In this document: piece by piece, positions 8,903 through 16,743 of the stretch | How positions within the stretch are numbered: the first letter of the stretch is position 1 | Layout: the number at the start of each line of letters is the position of its first letter | DNA from: Candidatus Electrothrix sp. GW3-4 | GTDB taxonomy: Bacteria; Desulfobacterota; Desulfobulbia; Desulfobulbales; Desulfobulbaceae | Reading direction: 5' to 3' | Length of the DNA: 32,000 nt | NCBI RefSeq assembly: GCF_037902255.1 | Contig: NZ_CP147990.1 | Location: 1,650,001-1,682,000 of the forward strand | The notes under the pieces: generated by a model | Told to the model about the DNA's origin: nothing | Databases searched by the model: none | The model's input: only the letters and a program-made list of their open reading frames with translations | Position numbers and translations under genes: made by a program

Positions 8903-10165
8903 TTGCAAAATTTTCTACAACTCTGGAGTGAGGCAGTAAAAACGAGTCTGGGGTTTTTCTGGATGGCGTTGTGGGCCTTTATTCTTGGCTACTTTATCAG
9001 CAGCTTGATACAGGTTCTTGTAACCCGTGCCCGCATGCAAAAGGCCATGGGAAAGGACGGGCCTCGCAGCATGCTGCTTGGGACTTTTTTTGGCTTTATC
9101 TCAAGTTCCTGTAGTTTTTCTGCCCTGTCTGCCACTCGCGCTATTTTCAACAAAGGAGCTGGTCTTGCGCCTTCTCTGGCCTTTCTCTTGGCATCCACCA
9201 ATCTCGTTATTGAACTCGGGATAGTTATTGCCATTTTTCTTGGCTGGCAATTTGTGGTTGGCGAGTATGTCGGTGGCATCCTGTTGATTTTGATTACCTG
9301 GCTTCTTATTCGAATAACTCGCCCGCGACGCCTGGAGGCTCAGGCCCGCAATCAGAGTGACCAAGACGAAGACCATCATGGTACGGAACTTGATTGGAAG
9401 GAAAAACTTGTCAGTATGCAAAGTTGGCAAGAAATCGGGCAGACCTATGTCATGGAATGGCAGATGGTTTGGCGGGATGTGCTGATTGGTTTCACAGTAG
9501 CGGGTATGATTTCAGCGATGGTACCTGACAGCTTTTTTCAGACCCTGTTTATTGGTTCTGGTGGTGAAAATACTGCCAATCCTGGTTTTCTTGCAGTTCT
9601 CGCCCAGACGCTGGTTGGTCCGATAGCCGCATTTTTCACCTTTATCGGTTCAATGGGAAATATTCCACTTGCAGCGGTTCTGTTCGGTCAAGGTGTAACC
9701 TTTGCAGGTGTGATGGCATTTATTTTTTCTGATCTTGTTGTGCTGCCAGTACTGCGGATCAATGCAAACTATTATGGCTGGAAAATGGCTCTGTATCTGC
9801 TTGCCTTGATGCTGGTGGCTATCGTGTTTGCAGCTTTGGCAATGCATTACACACTTGCATTTTTGGGCTTGCTGCCCGATTTCACAGCGATGACAGCTCC
9901 TGGCAATCGTGCATACTTTAAGCTGAATTATCAGTTGGTCCTCAATGTTATTTCCCTTTTAGCCAACCTTGTTTTAGTTTGGTTGTGGTACAAAGCCCAG
10001 CATGCGCATGATGCTCATAATCATCATGGTGGGCATGACCATCACAGTCACCATCATCATGGTCACAAACAGCACGTTGCGTCGCTTATTGATAGAGTTC
10101 TCTCTGTATTGGTTGTTTTAGCAGTTGTTTGGTTGTTTGGTGGATTAATCGTGCTTTTGTTCTGA
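8903..10165 (+). CDS. Multi-TM permease (COG0701/ArsP-like family) with His-rich C-proximal tract
   Basis: 420 aa, with a TTG start 6 nt after AAGGAGG (8890-8896). About 8-10 hydrophobic segments. Contains SSSCSFSAL, a permease-type motif, and the tract HAHDAHNHHGGHDHHSHHHHGHKQH near the C-terminus. The family call is from memory of COG0701 architecture. Confidence 0.65.
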   Translation: MQNFLQLWSEAVKTSLGFFWMALWAFILGYFISSLIQVLVTRARMQKAMGKDGPRSMLLGTFFGFISSSCSFSALSATRAIFNKGAGLAPSLAFLLASTNLVIELGIVIAIFLGWQFVVGEYVGGILLILITWLLIRITRPRRLEAQARNQSDQDEDHHGTELDWKEKLVSMQSWQEIGQTYVMEWQMVWRDVLIGFTVAGMISAMVPDSFFQTLFIGSGGENTANPGFLAVLAQTLVGPIAAFFTFIGSMGNIPLAAVLFGQGVTFAGVMAFIFSDLVVLPVLRINANYYGWKMALYLLALMLVAIVFAALAMHYTLAFLGLLPDFTAMTAPGNRAYFKLNYQLVLNVISLLANLVLVWLWYKAQHAHDAHNHHGGHDHHSHHHHGHKQHVASLIDRVLSVLVVLAVVWLFGGLIVLLF

Positions 10166-11166
10166 TTGTACGCATCATTTCTTGTTAAAATCTTCTCTTA
10201 AAGAATGTTTGTTGATGTTCATTAATTAAAACGAAACACCATGATATATATTTTGAGCGCATTGGGAACCGCCATTCTACTGGTCGCTCTTGGTGAAATA
10301 GCTGGAACCCGTACACCCTTGCTAAAAAAAATACGCTTTCCCGGTGCGGTATTGGGAGGATTGGCTGGTTTGATCGCAGGACCTGGTGGTTTCAGGCTTG
10401 GCGCATACTTGAACATTGAAACAAGCACCCAGCAGATCTATAGCCACTTGGCTGCATTTCCTGCGCTCTTTATTAATATTGTTTTCGCCTGCTTACTATT
10501 GGGGAAGCCGATTGATCAACTCTCGAAAGTATGGAATCATGCACGCCCTCACGTTGTGATGGGTCATATTATTGCATGGGGACAATACGTGGTTGGAATT
10601 TCTATCACACTTTTTATTCTTTCTCCCTTCTTGTCCGTTGATCCACTCGTTGCCCCATCTATAGCTATAGGATTTCAGGGAGGACACGGGACTGCAGCAG
10701 GGCTCACGGCCAACTACCAGGCATTCGACTTTGGCGATGGAAAAACAATTGCTTATAGCATCGCAACAATTGGCGTTATCTTAGCAACTGTCATTTATCC
10801 TTTACTTGCCAGGGTACTCCTGTCAACAGAGAAAGCAAGCGATTCGTTTTCAACGACAAAACAACGAGAAGAAGCCGGTCAATGAAGAGAACAAAACATT
10901 CAGTGCATTAACGGGCAGATTAACCATGCATTTCGCTTTGATTGCGATCACTATTCTTGTTGCCCGACTATTTTTGGATTTATTAATGCTTGTGGAAGGT
11001 AAGCTACGACCTGAAACGGATCAACTTTTCAGTCAATTTATTCTATAATGGACCCCTATTCTTGGACAGCTATTTAAGGTAGATTTTTTTCTAAAAATGC
11101 TGAATGTATTTTGGTGCGCTTGGCACGAGTCCGAAATTCATACAGCCACTACCGGAGAATCTACGC

Positions 11167-11445
11167 ATGTCACGTAAAAGAAGAGTCCACTCAGCTGCAT
11201 TTAAAGGAAAAGTTGCACTTGAAGCACTGAAAGAACTAAAGCCGATTAATGTACTGGCCTCCCAGTATGAGATTCAGCCAAACCAGATTAGCACCTGGAA
11301 AAAGCAGCTAAAAGAAGGTGTGTCCGAAATGTTCAGCAAAAAACGCGGTAGAGCCAAAGAGGATTCCAGGAAGGCTGAAAAGCGCTTATACGAAGAAATC
11401 GGTCGCCTAAAAATGGAGTTGGACTGGCTTAAAAAAAAAGTCTGA
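11167..11445 (+). CDS. IS3-family transposase OrfA (HTH)
   Basis: MSRKRRVHSAAFKGKVALEALKELKPINVLASQYEIQPNQISTWKKQL...LKMELDWLKKKV. It is a helix-turn-helix plus leucine-zipper-like protein. It ends in the A9 run at 11431-11439. Confidence 0.85.
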   Translation: MSRKRRVHSAAFKGKVALEALKELKPINVLASQYEIQPNQISTWKKQLKEGVSEMFSKKRGRAKEDSRKAEKRLYEEIGRLKMELDWLKKKV

Positions 11446-11518
11446 GCCCTACTCGGATCCCATTGATTTAATTGACTCTAAGCACAAGTCAATCAGCATC
11501 CAGAGGCAATGTGACCTA

Positions 11519-12313
11519 TTGGGCATCAGTCGATCCCGCTATTACTACAAGCCTGCGGTCGAGAGCGAATTGAACCTCAAATTGATGCGAATTATCGATG
11601 AGATCTACACCGACTGCCCTTTTTACGGAAGCAGACGGATGGTCATCGAACTGGAACGGCGTTCTTTTCGTGTCAACAGAAAGCGGGTTCAACGGTTGAT
11701 GCGCCTTATGGGGATTGAAGCGATCTACCCGAAACCGAAGTTAAGTCAACGGAATATTGAACATAAGGTTTATCCATACCTTTTGCGGAACATCTTGATT
11801 GATCGTCCCAATCAGGTCTGGAGCACAGATATCACGTACATCCCGATGCAGGACGGTTTCATGTACCTGACGGCAATTATTGACTGGTATAGCCGATATA
11901 TCCTCAGCTGGCGCATATCCAATACGATGGATAACGATTTTTGTATTGAGGCGCTTGCTGAGGCGTTAACTCATGGATTGCCCGATATTTTTAATACAGA
12001 TCAGGGGGTGCAGTTCACAAGCAGACAATTCACAAAACGCTTGACGGATGTTGATGTAAAAATCAGCATGGATGGCAAGGGTCGGGCACTGGATAATATT
12101 TTTGTTGAGCGCCTTTGGCGTACAGTAAAGTACGAAAATATCTACCTGAAAGACTATCGAAACGGTAACAAGTTATACCACGGTCTGGAAGAGTATTTTT
12201 CGTTTTATAATACCCGGCGCCCTCATCAGTCTTTAGGGTACAGATCCCCTGAAGATATTCATTATTGCTCATGCGATACAGTCAAGCAGCTAGAGGAGGA
12301 AATCATCAAATAA
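11519..12313 (+). CDS. IS3-family transposase OrfB (rve/DDE integrase core)
   Basis: DDE landmarks: WSTDITYIP, FNTDQGVQFTS, DNIFVERLWRTVKYE. This frame is already open from 11378 and overlaps the orfA end. The junction peptide ...KKSEPYSDPIDLIDSKHKSISIQRQCDLLGISRSRYYYKP is typical of OrfAB fusions. Confidence 0.85.
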   Translation: MGISRSRYYYKPAVESELNLKLMRIIDEIYTDCPFYGSRRMVIELERRSFRVNRKRVQRLMRLMGIEAIYPKPKLSQRNIEHKVYPYLLRNILIDRPNQVWSTDITYIPMQDGFMYLTAIIDWYSRYILSWRISNTMDNDFCIEALAEALTHGLPDIFNTDQGVQFTSRQFTKRLTDVDVKISMDGKGRALDNIFVERLWRTVKYENIYLKDYRNGNKLYHGLEEYFSFYNTRRPHQSLGYRSPEDIHYCSCDTVKQLEEEIIK

Positions 12314-12598
12314 GAGAGGTTGTTGTTAGCCCGAAATCTATCTTAAATTATGCCAAATTTTGTGTTGACTATGGGGTCCACTTTATTCCACTCTTTTCTG
12401 TGGTGCTTATCTCCGGCCTTTTTATCCAACTTCTACTTCAAAAATTCAACTGGAATTCATTCTTCAGCCGATCGCTATTTAATGAAATTTCTGCTTTTGG
12501 GCTGGATATAGTGATTGTTAGTGCGCTGGCTGCACTCGCGCTCCAAGTAGTAACTCTACAGTCGTAAGTTCTCGGCTGACTTGCTGAGATTGTAAAAC

Positions 12599-12649
12599 GA
12601 TCATATAATCATAGGCTTCTTCAAAAAAAGAAGCGGTGATTATATGATC
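12599..12649 (+). promoter_or_regulatory. Hairpin sequestering the transposase start codon
   Basis: GATCATATAATCA (12599-12611) is the perfect reverse complement of TGATTATATGATC (12637-12649). An inner GCTTC/GAAGC pairing is also present. ATG 12644-12646 lies inside the 3' arm. Confidence 0.55.
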
Positions 12650-14095
12650 AACTATTTGTATGACTCGTTAACAAGCTTTCGTACTGTTTTTTCCCGTGAC
12701 AAAACCTGGCTTATTTTTGTCATGATTGTTCTCGGTTTTATTGGCAGCACAGAAATGGTCGGTGTCAGTTCTTTCTGCCGTTTCTGGTTGTTAGAAATAC
12801 CGGGCTATCACACGTTAAATCATTTTTTTCGTTCTTCGGCCTGGACTCTGAACGAATTACTGAATCATTGGTTCTTCTTTGTGAGTTCAAGTGGGTTATG
12901 TATGACCTCACAAGGACGTATCGTCACACTGGGAGACCATACTGTCCTCTCGCGAGACGGACGAAAAATGCCTGGAGTTGTTACGTTACATCAGGACAGC
13001 GACACACAAAGTAAGCCCAGTTATTTCCGTGGGCAATGCTGGGGGGCTCTTGCTGCGGTTACCGGCGTTGCTCCCCATATGTTCGCTTTGCCGCTGATGT
13101 TGCAAATGCATCAAGGATATCAACATTTGGGGAAAGAAAACAATGACAATGTACCAACTATGGGAGAATGCATGGTTGATATGGCTCTATTTTTTGCACT
13201 GAGGACGAACCAGCCTTCTCTATTGGTTCTGGACGCTTTCTTCTCTACAAAAACAGTTTTTAACCGAGCCAAAACGATATACTCATTGACTCTTCAGCAG
13301 CCTTTGGTGGAAATTATTGTCCGGGCAAAAAAGAATTATGTCGCTTATTTTCAAGCAGATCCAAAAGACTATAAGGGATCAGGTTGCTACGCAAAATACG
13401 GTGAAAAAGTTCATCTGATGGAGATTTTTGACCATCAGAGTTGTTTTGCTACAGTTGAAGCACGTATCTACAATAAGGTTGAAACGATCAAGCTGTATCA
13501 TCTTGATTTACTGTGGCAGCCTTTGCGCACCACTCTTCGTTTTGTTTTTGCCGAAACATCTCATGGTCGTATTGTGCTTATGTGTAGCAACGTATCACAG
13601 GACCCACTGGCAGCAATTGAACTGTACTGCCTTAGGGTACGAATTGAAACCATGTTCGATATGCTTAAAAATGTTATCCATGCATTTCAGTGTCATTTCT
13701 GGTCAAAAGGGATGCCAAAACACTCCAGAAAACCCAGAAGAAACAGCGAACTCATTACTCCGAAACCGAAAAACCTACAAGCCATTCAACGATGCTGGGA
13801 TGCGACAGAAGGGTTTGTGAATATTGGTGCAATCACCTTGGGATTGCTCCAGTTGGTCGCAACGCTGTTCTCCACGGAGATTTGGCATCAGTATGAAGGG
13901 TTCCTCAAGACACGTTCACGGGAAATACCTTCTGAACGAACAACGAAAAATGTTCTTGCCGGTTTGCTTATGCGTGATTTTCTCAATGTCGCTCCCAGTG
14001 CAATAATGCGAAAAATCCGCTCCACGATTTTGAAGGGTAAAATTGAGGATAAGATTTTTCGAGATTCAAACGTGTGGACCAGGAAAGCAGCATAA
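12644..14095 (+). CDS. DDE transposase with IS4-type Y-2-R-3-E-6-K motif
   Basis: 483 aa. Candidate catalytic residues lie in LGDHTVL, LVLDAFF and ELYCLRVRIETMFDMLK (Y-x2-R-x3-E-x6-K read directly). Subfamily (IS4/IS701-like) not resolved. Confidence 0.8.
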   Translation: MINYLYDSLTSFRTVFSRDKTWLIFVMIVLGFIGSTEMVGVSSFCRFWLLEIPGYHTLNHFFRSSAWTLNELLNHWFFFVSSSGLCMTSQGRIVTLGDHTVLSRDGRKMPGVVTLHQDSDTQSKPSYFRGQCWGALAAVTGVAPHMFALPLMLQMHQGYQHLGKENNDNVPTMGECMVDMALFFALRTNQPSLLVLDAFFSTKTVFNRAKTIYSLTLQQPLVEIIVRAKKNYVAYFQADPKDYKGSGCYAKYGEKVHLMEIFDHQSCFATVEARIYNKVETIKLYHLDLLWQPLRTTLRFVFAETSHGRIVLMCSNVSQDPLAAIELYCLRVRIETMFDMLKNVIHAFQCHFWSKGMPKHSRKPRRNSELITPKPKNLQAIQRCWDATEGFVNIGAITLGLLQLVATLFSTEIWHQYEGFLKTRSREIPSERTTKNVLAGLLMRDFLNVAPSAIMRKIRSTILKGKIEDKIFRDSNVWTRKAA

Positions 14096-14733
14096 CCCAA
14101 CGCAAATACTAAAGGCAGCTTTAATTGATCATAAACCGTTGAGAACTTACGACTGTAGAGGTAGTAAAAGAGTACTGGGTCATCATCTTCCTACTGGCCT
14201 TGGGTGGATTCTGTTGGAATTTATCTATGTTTTTTTTGCTGGGTCCTCGTTTGTTTCCCAAAACTTGGATCCCATATGCTTTGAGCGATTTAGGTGGCGG
14301 AACAGGCACTACCGCGTCCGGTCTTATGCTGATTCGGATTGCCGATCCTCATCAGGAAACTAACGCTCGGCAAACCTATTCTGAAAAACAACCATTCTAT
14401 GAACCAATCATGGGTGGAGGGTTAGTCACCGCAATGGCCCTGCCGATAGTGGTAAAATTTGGATTATTAAACACACTGTTTATCACAGGTGGAATTCTAG
14501 TAGCATGGTTTGCTTATGCCGTCCTTCTAATCCGTAGGAAAAACCACAGCTAACAATTATTTATTACAATAAAACCACCATAAACTGGAAACTAATGGAA
14601 TGAATATCGGTGACCTGAACCGCTACCTGCGAGGTAATAAAATGAAAGAAAGGAGGGGTAAAGCATAATTTATCATAATAATTAAAATTGTTAGACAAGA
14701 AACCGTCAATCTTATCCAGGAGGAGAAACTATT

Positions 14734-15021
14734 ATGAGCATGAAAGAAGCATATGAACAAAAAATGCAGGCTCAATTAGACGAGTGGAGTGCGGAGATCG
14801 ACAAACTCAAGGCAAAAGCCGACAGTGCAAAAACCGATGCACAACTTAACTATCACAAACAAGTTGAGGAGCTGCTGTCTATAAGAAAAGCTGCCGCTAA
14901 TAAACTTTCCCAACTTAAGAACGAAAGTGGCGATGCTTGGGAGGAGCTTAAAGCCGGTATTGATGATGCGTGGGATTCTCTCGCTGATGCATTTAAGTCA
15001 GCTGCTTCGAAAATGAAGTAA
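14734..15021 (+). CDS. Small cytoplasmic coiled-coil protein (95 aa), function unknown
   Basis: AGGAGGAG lies upstream of the ATG. Heptad-like charged sequence with C-terminal motif GDAWEELKAGIDDAWDSLADAFKSA. No signal peptide. Confidence 0.7.
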   Translation: MSMKEAYEQKMQAQLDEWSAEIDKLKAKADSAKTDAQLNYHKQVEELLSIRKAAANKLSQLKNESGDAWEELKAGIDDAWDSLADAFKSAASKMK

Positions 15022-15066
15022 ACATCATACGTGATCTTAATTCACAATCAACAAAGGAGGCTACGA

Positions 15067-15531
15067 ATGAAATCAAAGTATTGCGCATTAATATTGATCG
15101 GTATACTCGCTGTTGTTCCACTTTGCTTTGCACAAACGGAAAACAGCAACACTTCAATAGAAGAGGTGAAGAAGGAAACTCAGGATTTGCTCAAAACCAT
15201 CGGTTCATATACTGCCGATAAAAAAGAGGAGGCACTTGAAAAAACAAAAGAGGGTCTGATAAAACTCGATAAACGTATCAATGCGCTGGAGAAAAGCGTT
15301 GATAAAAACTGGGATACCATGAGTAAAGCCGCGCGCAAGAAATCTCGTGAAAATCTCAGAGACCTTCGCACGCAACGGAATCAGGTTGCCGAGTGGTACG
15401 GTAGCATGAAAACCAGTTCAGCCGATGCGTGGGACCACATCAAAAAAGGCTTCTCTGATGCATATAAGGCTCTTGAAGATGCCTGGGAAAAGAGCGAAAA
15501 AGAGTTCAAATCCAACGGGTCCAAAGAATAA
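15067..15531 (+). CDS. Secreted coiled-coil protein, paralogue of the preceding gene
   Basis: Start moved to ATG 15067 (AAAGGAGG at 15053-15060). Signal peptide MKSKYCALILIGILAVVPLCFAQ. The C-terminal ADAWDHIKKGFSDAYKALEDAWEKSE matches the motif of 14734..15021. Confidence 0.7.
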   Translation: MKSKYCALILIGILAVVPLCFAQTENSNTSIEEVKKETQDLLKTIGSYTADKKEEALEKTKEGLIKLDKRINALEKSVDKNWDTMSKAARKKSRENLRDLRTQRNQVAEWYGSMKTSSADAWDHIKKGFSDAYKALEDAWEKSEKEFKSNGSKE

Positions 15532-15554
15532 AGAAACCAGCCTGACGACAGAAT

Positions 15555-16526
15555 ATGCATCGATTTGCATTGGCTAATGAAACTGTTATTGATCGACAGA
15601 CAGGCCTGATGTGGACACAAGATGCCTCTTTGTTTGATTTTTCAGCAACCTGGAGCGAAGCCTTGGCTCGCATCCAAGAGATCAACAGAAGAGAGCGCTA
15701 TGGTTATCGTGACTGGAGGCTCCCGAACCGCAAAGAGCTGTTCAGTTTAATGAGTCATAATACCATAAACCCAAGTCTTCCGACCGGCCATCCGTTTACG
15801 AATGTCTTTACGGGTTACTATTGGACTTCTTCAACGTGTGCAAGATTGCCTAACCAAGCGTGGTACATTCATTTGGGCGGAGCCAGAGTCTTTAAAGGGA
15901 TGAAATATGATTCGTATATGGTTTGGCCCGTTCGGACAGGAGAAGGTGAGAAGAAAAGCAGATTATTTTGTACAGGACAAAAGGACTGTTTTGATGAAAA
16001 CGGGAGCATTATTGACTGCCATACTACCGGTCAGGACGGTGAAATACAGGCCGGTTTAACGTTTTCCAAGGATCGTTTTGCTGCAAATAAACAGGCTGTC
16101 CGTGACAAGGATACCGGCTTGATATGGTTGCGAAATGCAAATGTCCTCAAAACCACAATGGATTGGAATTCTGCTTTTAGTTTCATTGCAGCGATGAACA
16201 GTGAAACAGCATATGGCTATAATGATTGGCGAGTCCCGAATATTATCGAATTGGAGAGTCTGACAGACCTGAGCCAACATTCATCCGCCTTACCTGAGGA
16301 TCATTTATTTAACGATGTTCAGGAGTTTTATTGGTCTTCAAGCACAAGCATGTATGATAAGAGTTATGCGTGGGTACTCTATATGGTAGATGGCGCAGTC
16401 GGTGTTGGCTATAAACCATTGTCAGGATTTTATCTTTGGCCCGTAAGAGGAAAAGAAAAAAGGATGCTCTTCATACCGAGGCATGATGCGTCGAGTTCCA
16501 AGCCACTCTCCCGGAAAGCGGCTTGA
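15555..16526 (+). CDS. Protein with two tandem DUF1566 (Lcl C-terminal-like) domains, no signal peptide
   Basis: Two repeats each carry TGLMW/TGLIW, (R)DWRLPN/NDWRVPN, EL.SL, YYWTSS/FYWSSS, AWY/AWV and LWPVR/VWPVR. These motifs are remembered as DUF1566 hallmarks. Confidence 0.7.
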   Translation: MHRFALANETVIDRQTGLMWTQDASLFDFSATWSEALARIQEINRRERYGYRDWRLPNRKELFSLMSHNTINPSLPTGHPFTNVFTGYYWTSSTCARLPNQAWYIHLGGARVFKGMKYDSYMVWPVRTGEGEKKSRLFCTGQKDCFDENGSIIDCHTTGQDGEIQAGLTFSKDRFAANKQAVRDKDTGLIWLRNANVLKTTMDWNSAFSFIAAMNSETAYGYNDWRVPNIIELESLTDLSQHSSALPEDHLFNDVQEFYWSSSTSMYDKSYAWVLYMVDGAVGVGYKPLSGFYLWPVRGKEKRMLFIPRHDASSSKPLSRKAA

Positions 16527-16743
16527 AAACCTGATATATTCCTTAAACTATCTTTCCGCTATTATTGCAATTGCTAACGTCTGTAAATTGAGGGTGGTTA
16601 TTATAAATTCAAAAGAAAAGGAGTCTGAATTATGAACATCAAGAACGTTAAGAAGAAAGCTTCAGAGATGGGTGTTGACGCCGGAAAAATGAATAAAATT
16701 GACCTGGTCCACACTATCCAGATTGAAGAGGGGAATTTCCCAT

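Larger units (their letters stand above)
11049..12380 (+). mobile_element. IS3-family insertion sequence (1332 bp, TG...CA termini)
   Basis: The left end is TGGACCCCTATTC...ATTTAAGGTAGATTT. The reverse complement of the right end is TGGACCCCATAGTC...ATTTAAGATAGATTT, giving bipartite imperfect IRs. It carries an orfA/orfB pair with an rve-type DDE domain. Confidence 0.85.
12554..14160 (+). mobile_element. IS4-superfamily insertion sequence (1607 bp) with perfect 20-bp IRs and a 7-bp target duplication
   Basis: IR-L is CTCTACAGTCGTAAGTTCTC (12554-12573), the exact reverse complement of 14141-14160. GTAGTAA flanks both ends (12547-12553 and 14161-14167). Confidence 0.9.
10241..14553 (+). pseudogene. 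gltS: Na+/glutamate symporter (GltS family) gene inactivated by one frameshift and two IS insertions
   Basis: Four fragments carry the gene: 10241-10885 (frame 2), ~10806-11043 (frame 0), 12382-12553 (frame 1) and 14161-14553 (frame 1). Concatenated, they read colinearly with GltS: N-terminus LLKKIRFPGAVLGGLAG, QGGHGTAAG, ...SQFI|PLFSVVLISGLFIQ..., ...ALQVV|KEYWVIIFLL..., DLGGGTGTTASGLMLIR. Removing 12554-14167 (1614 nt, a multiple of 3) restores the frame exactly. Confidence 0.85.

Noticed and set aside
9990-10080. Repetitive-looking CAT/CAC-rich DNA
   Set aside because: It is simply the codons of the His-rich tract within the permease ORF. It is not a tandem repeat array or a CRISPR-like structure.
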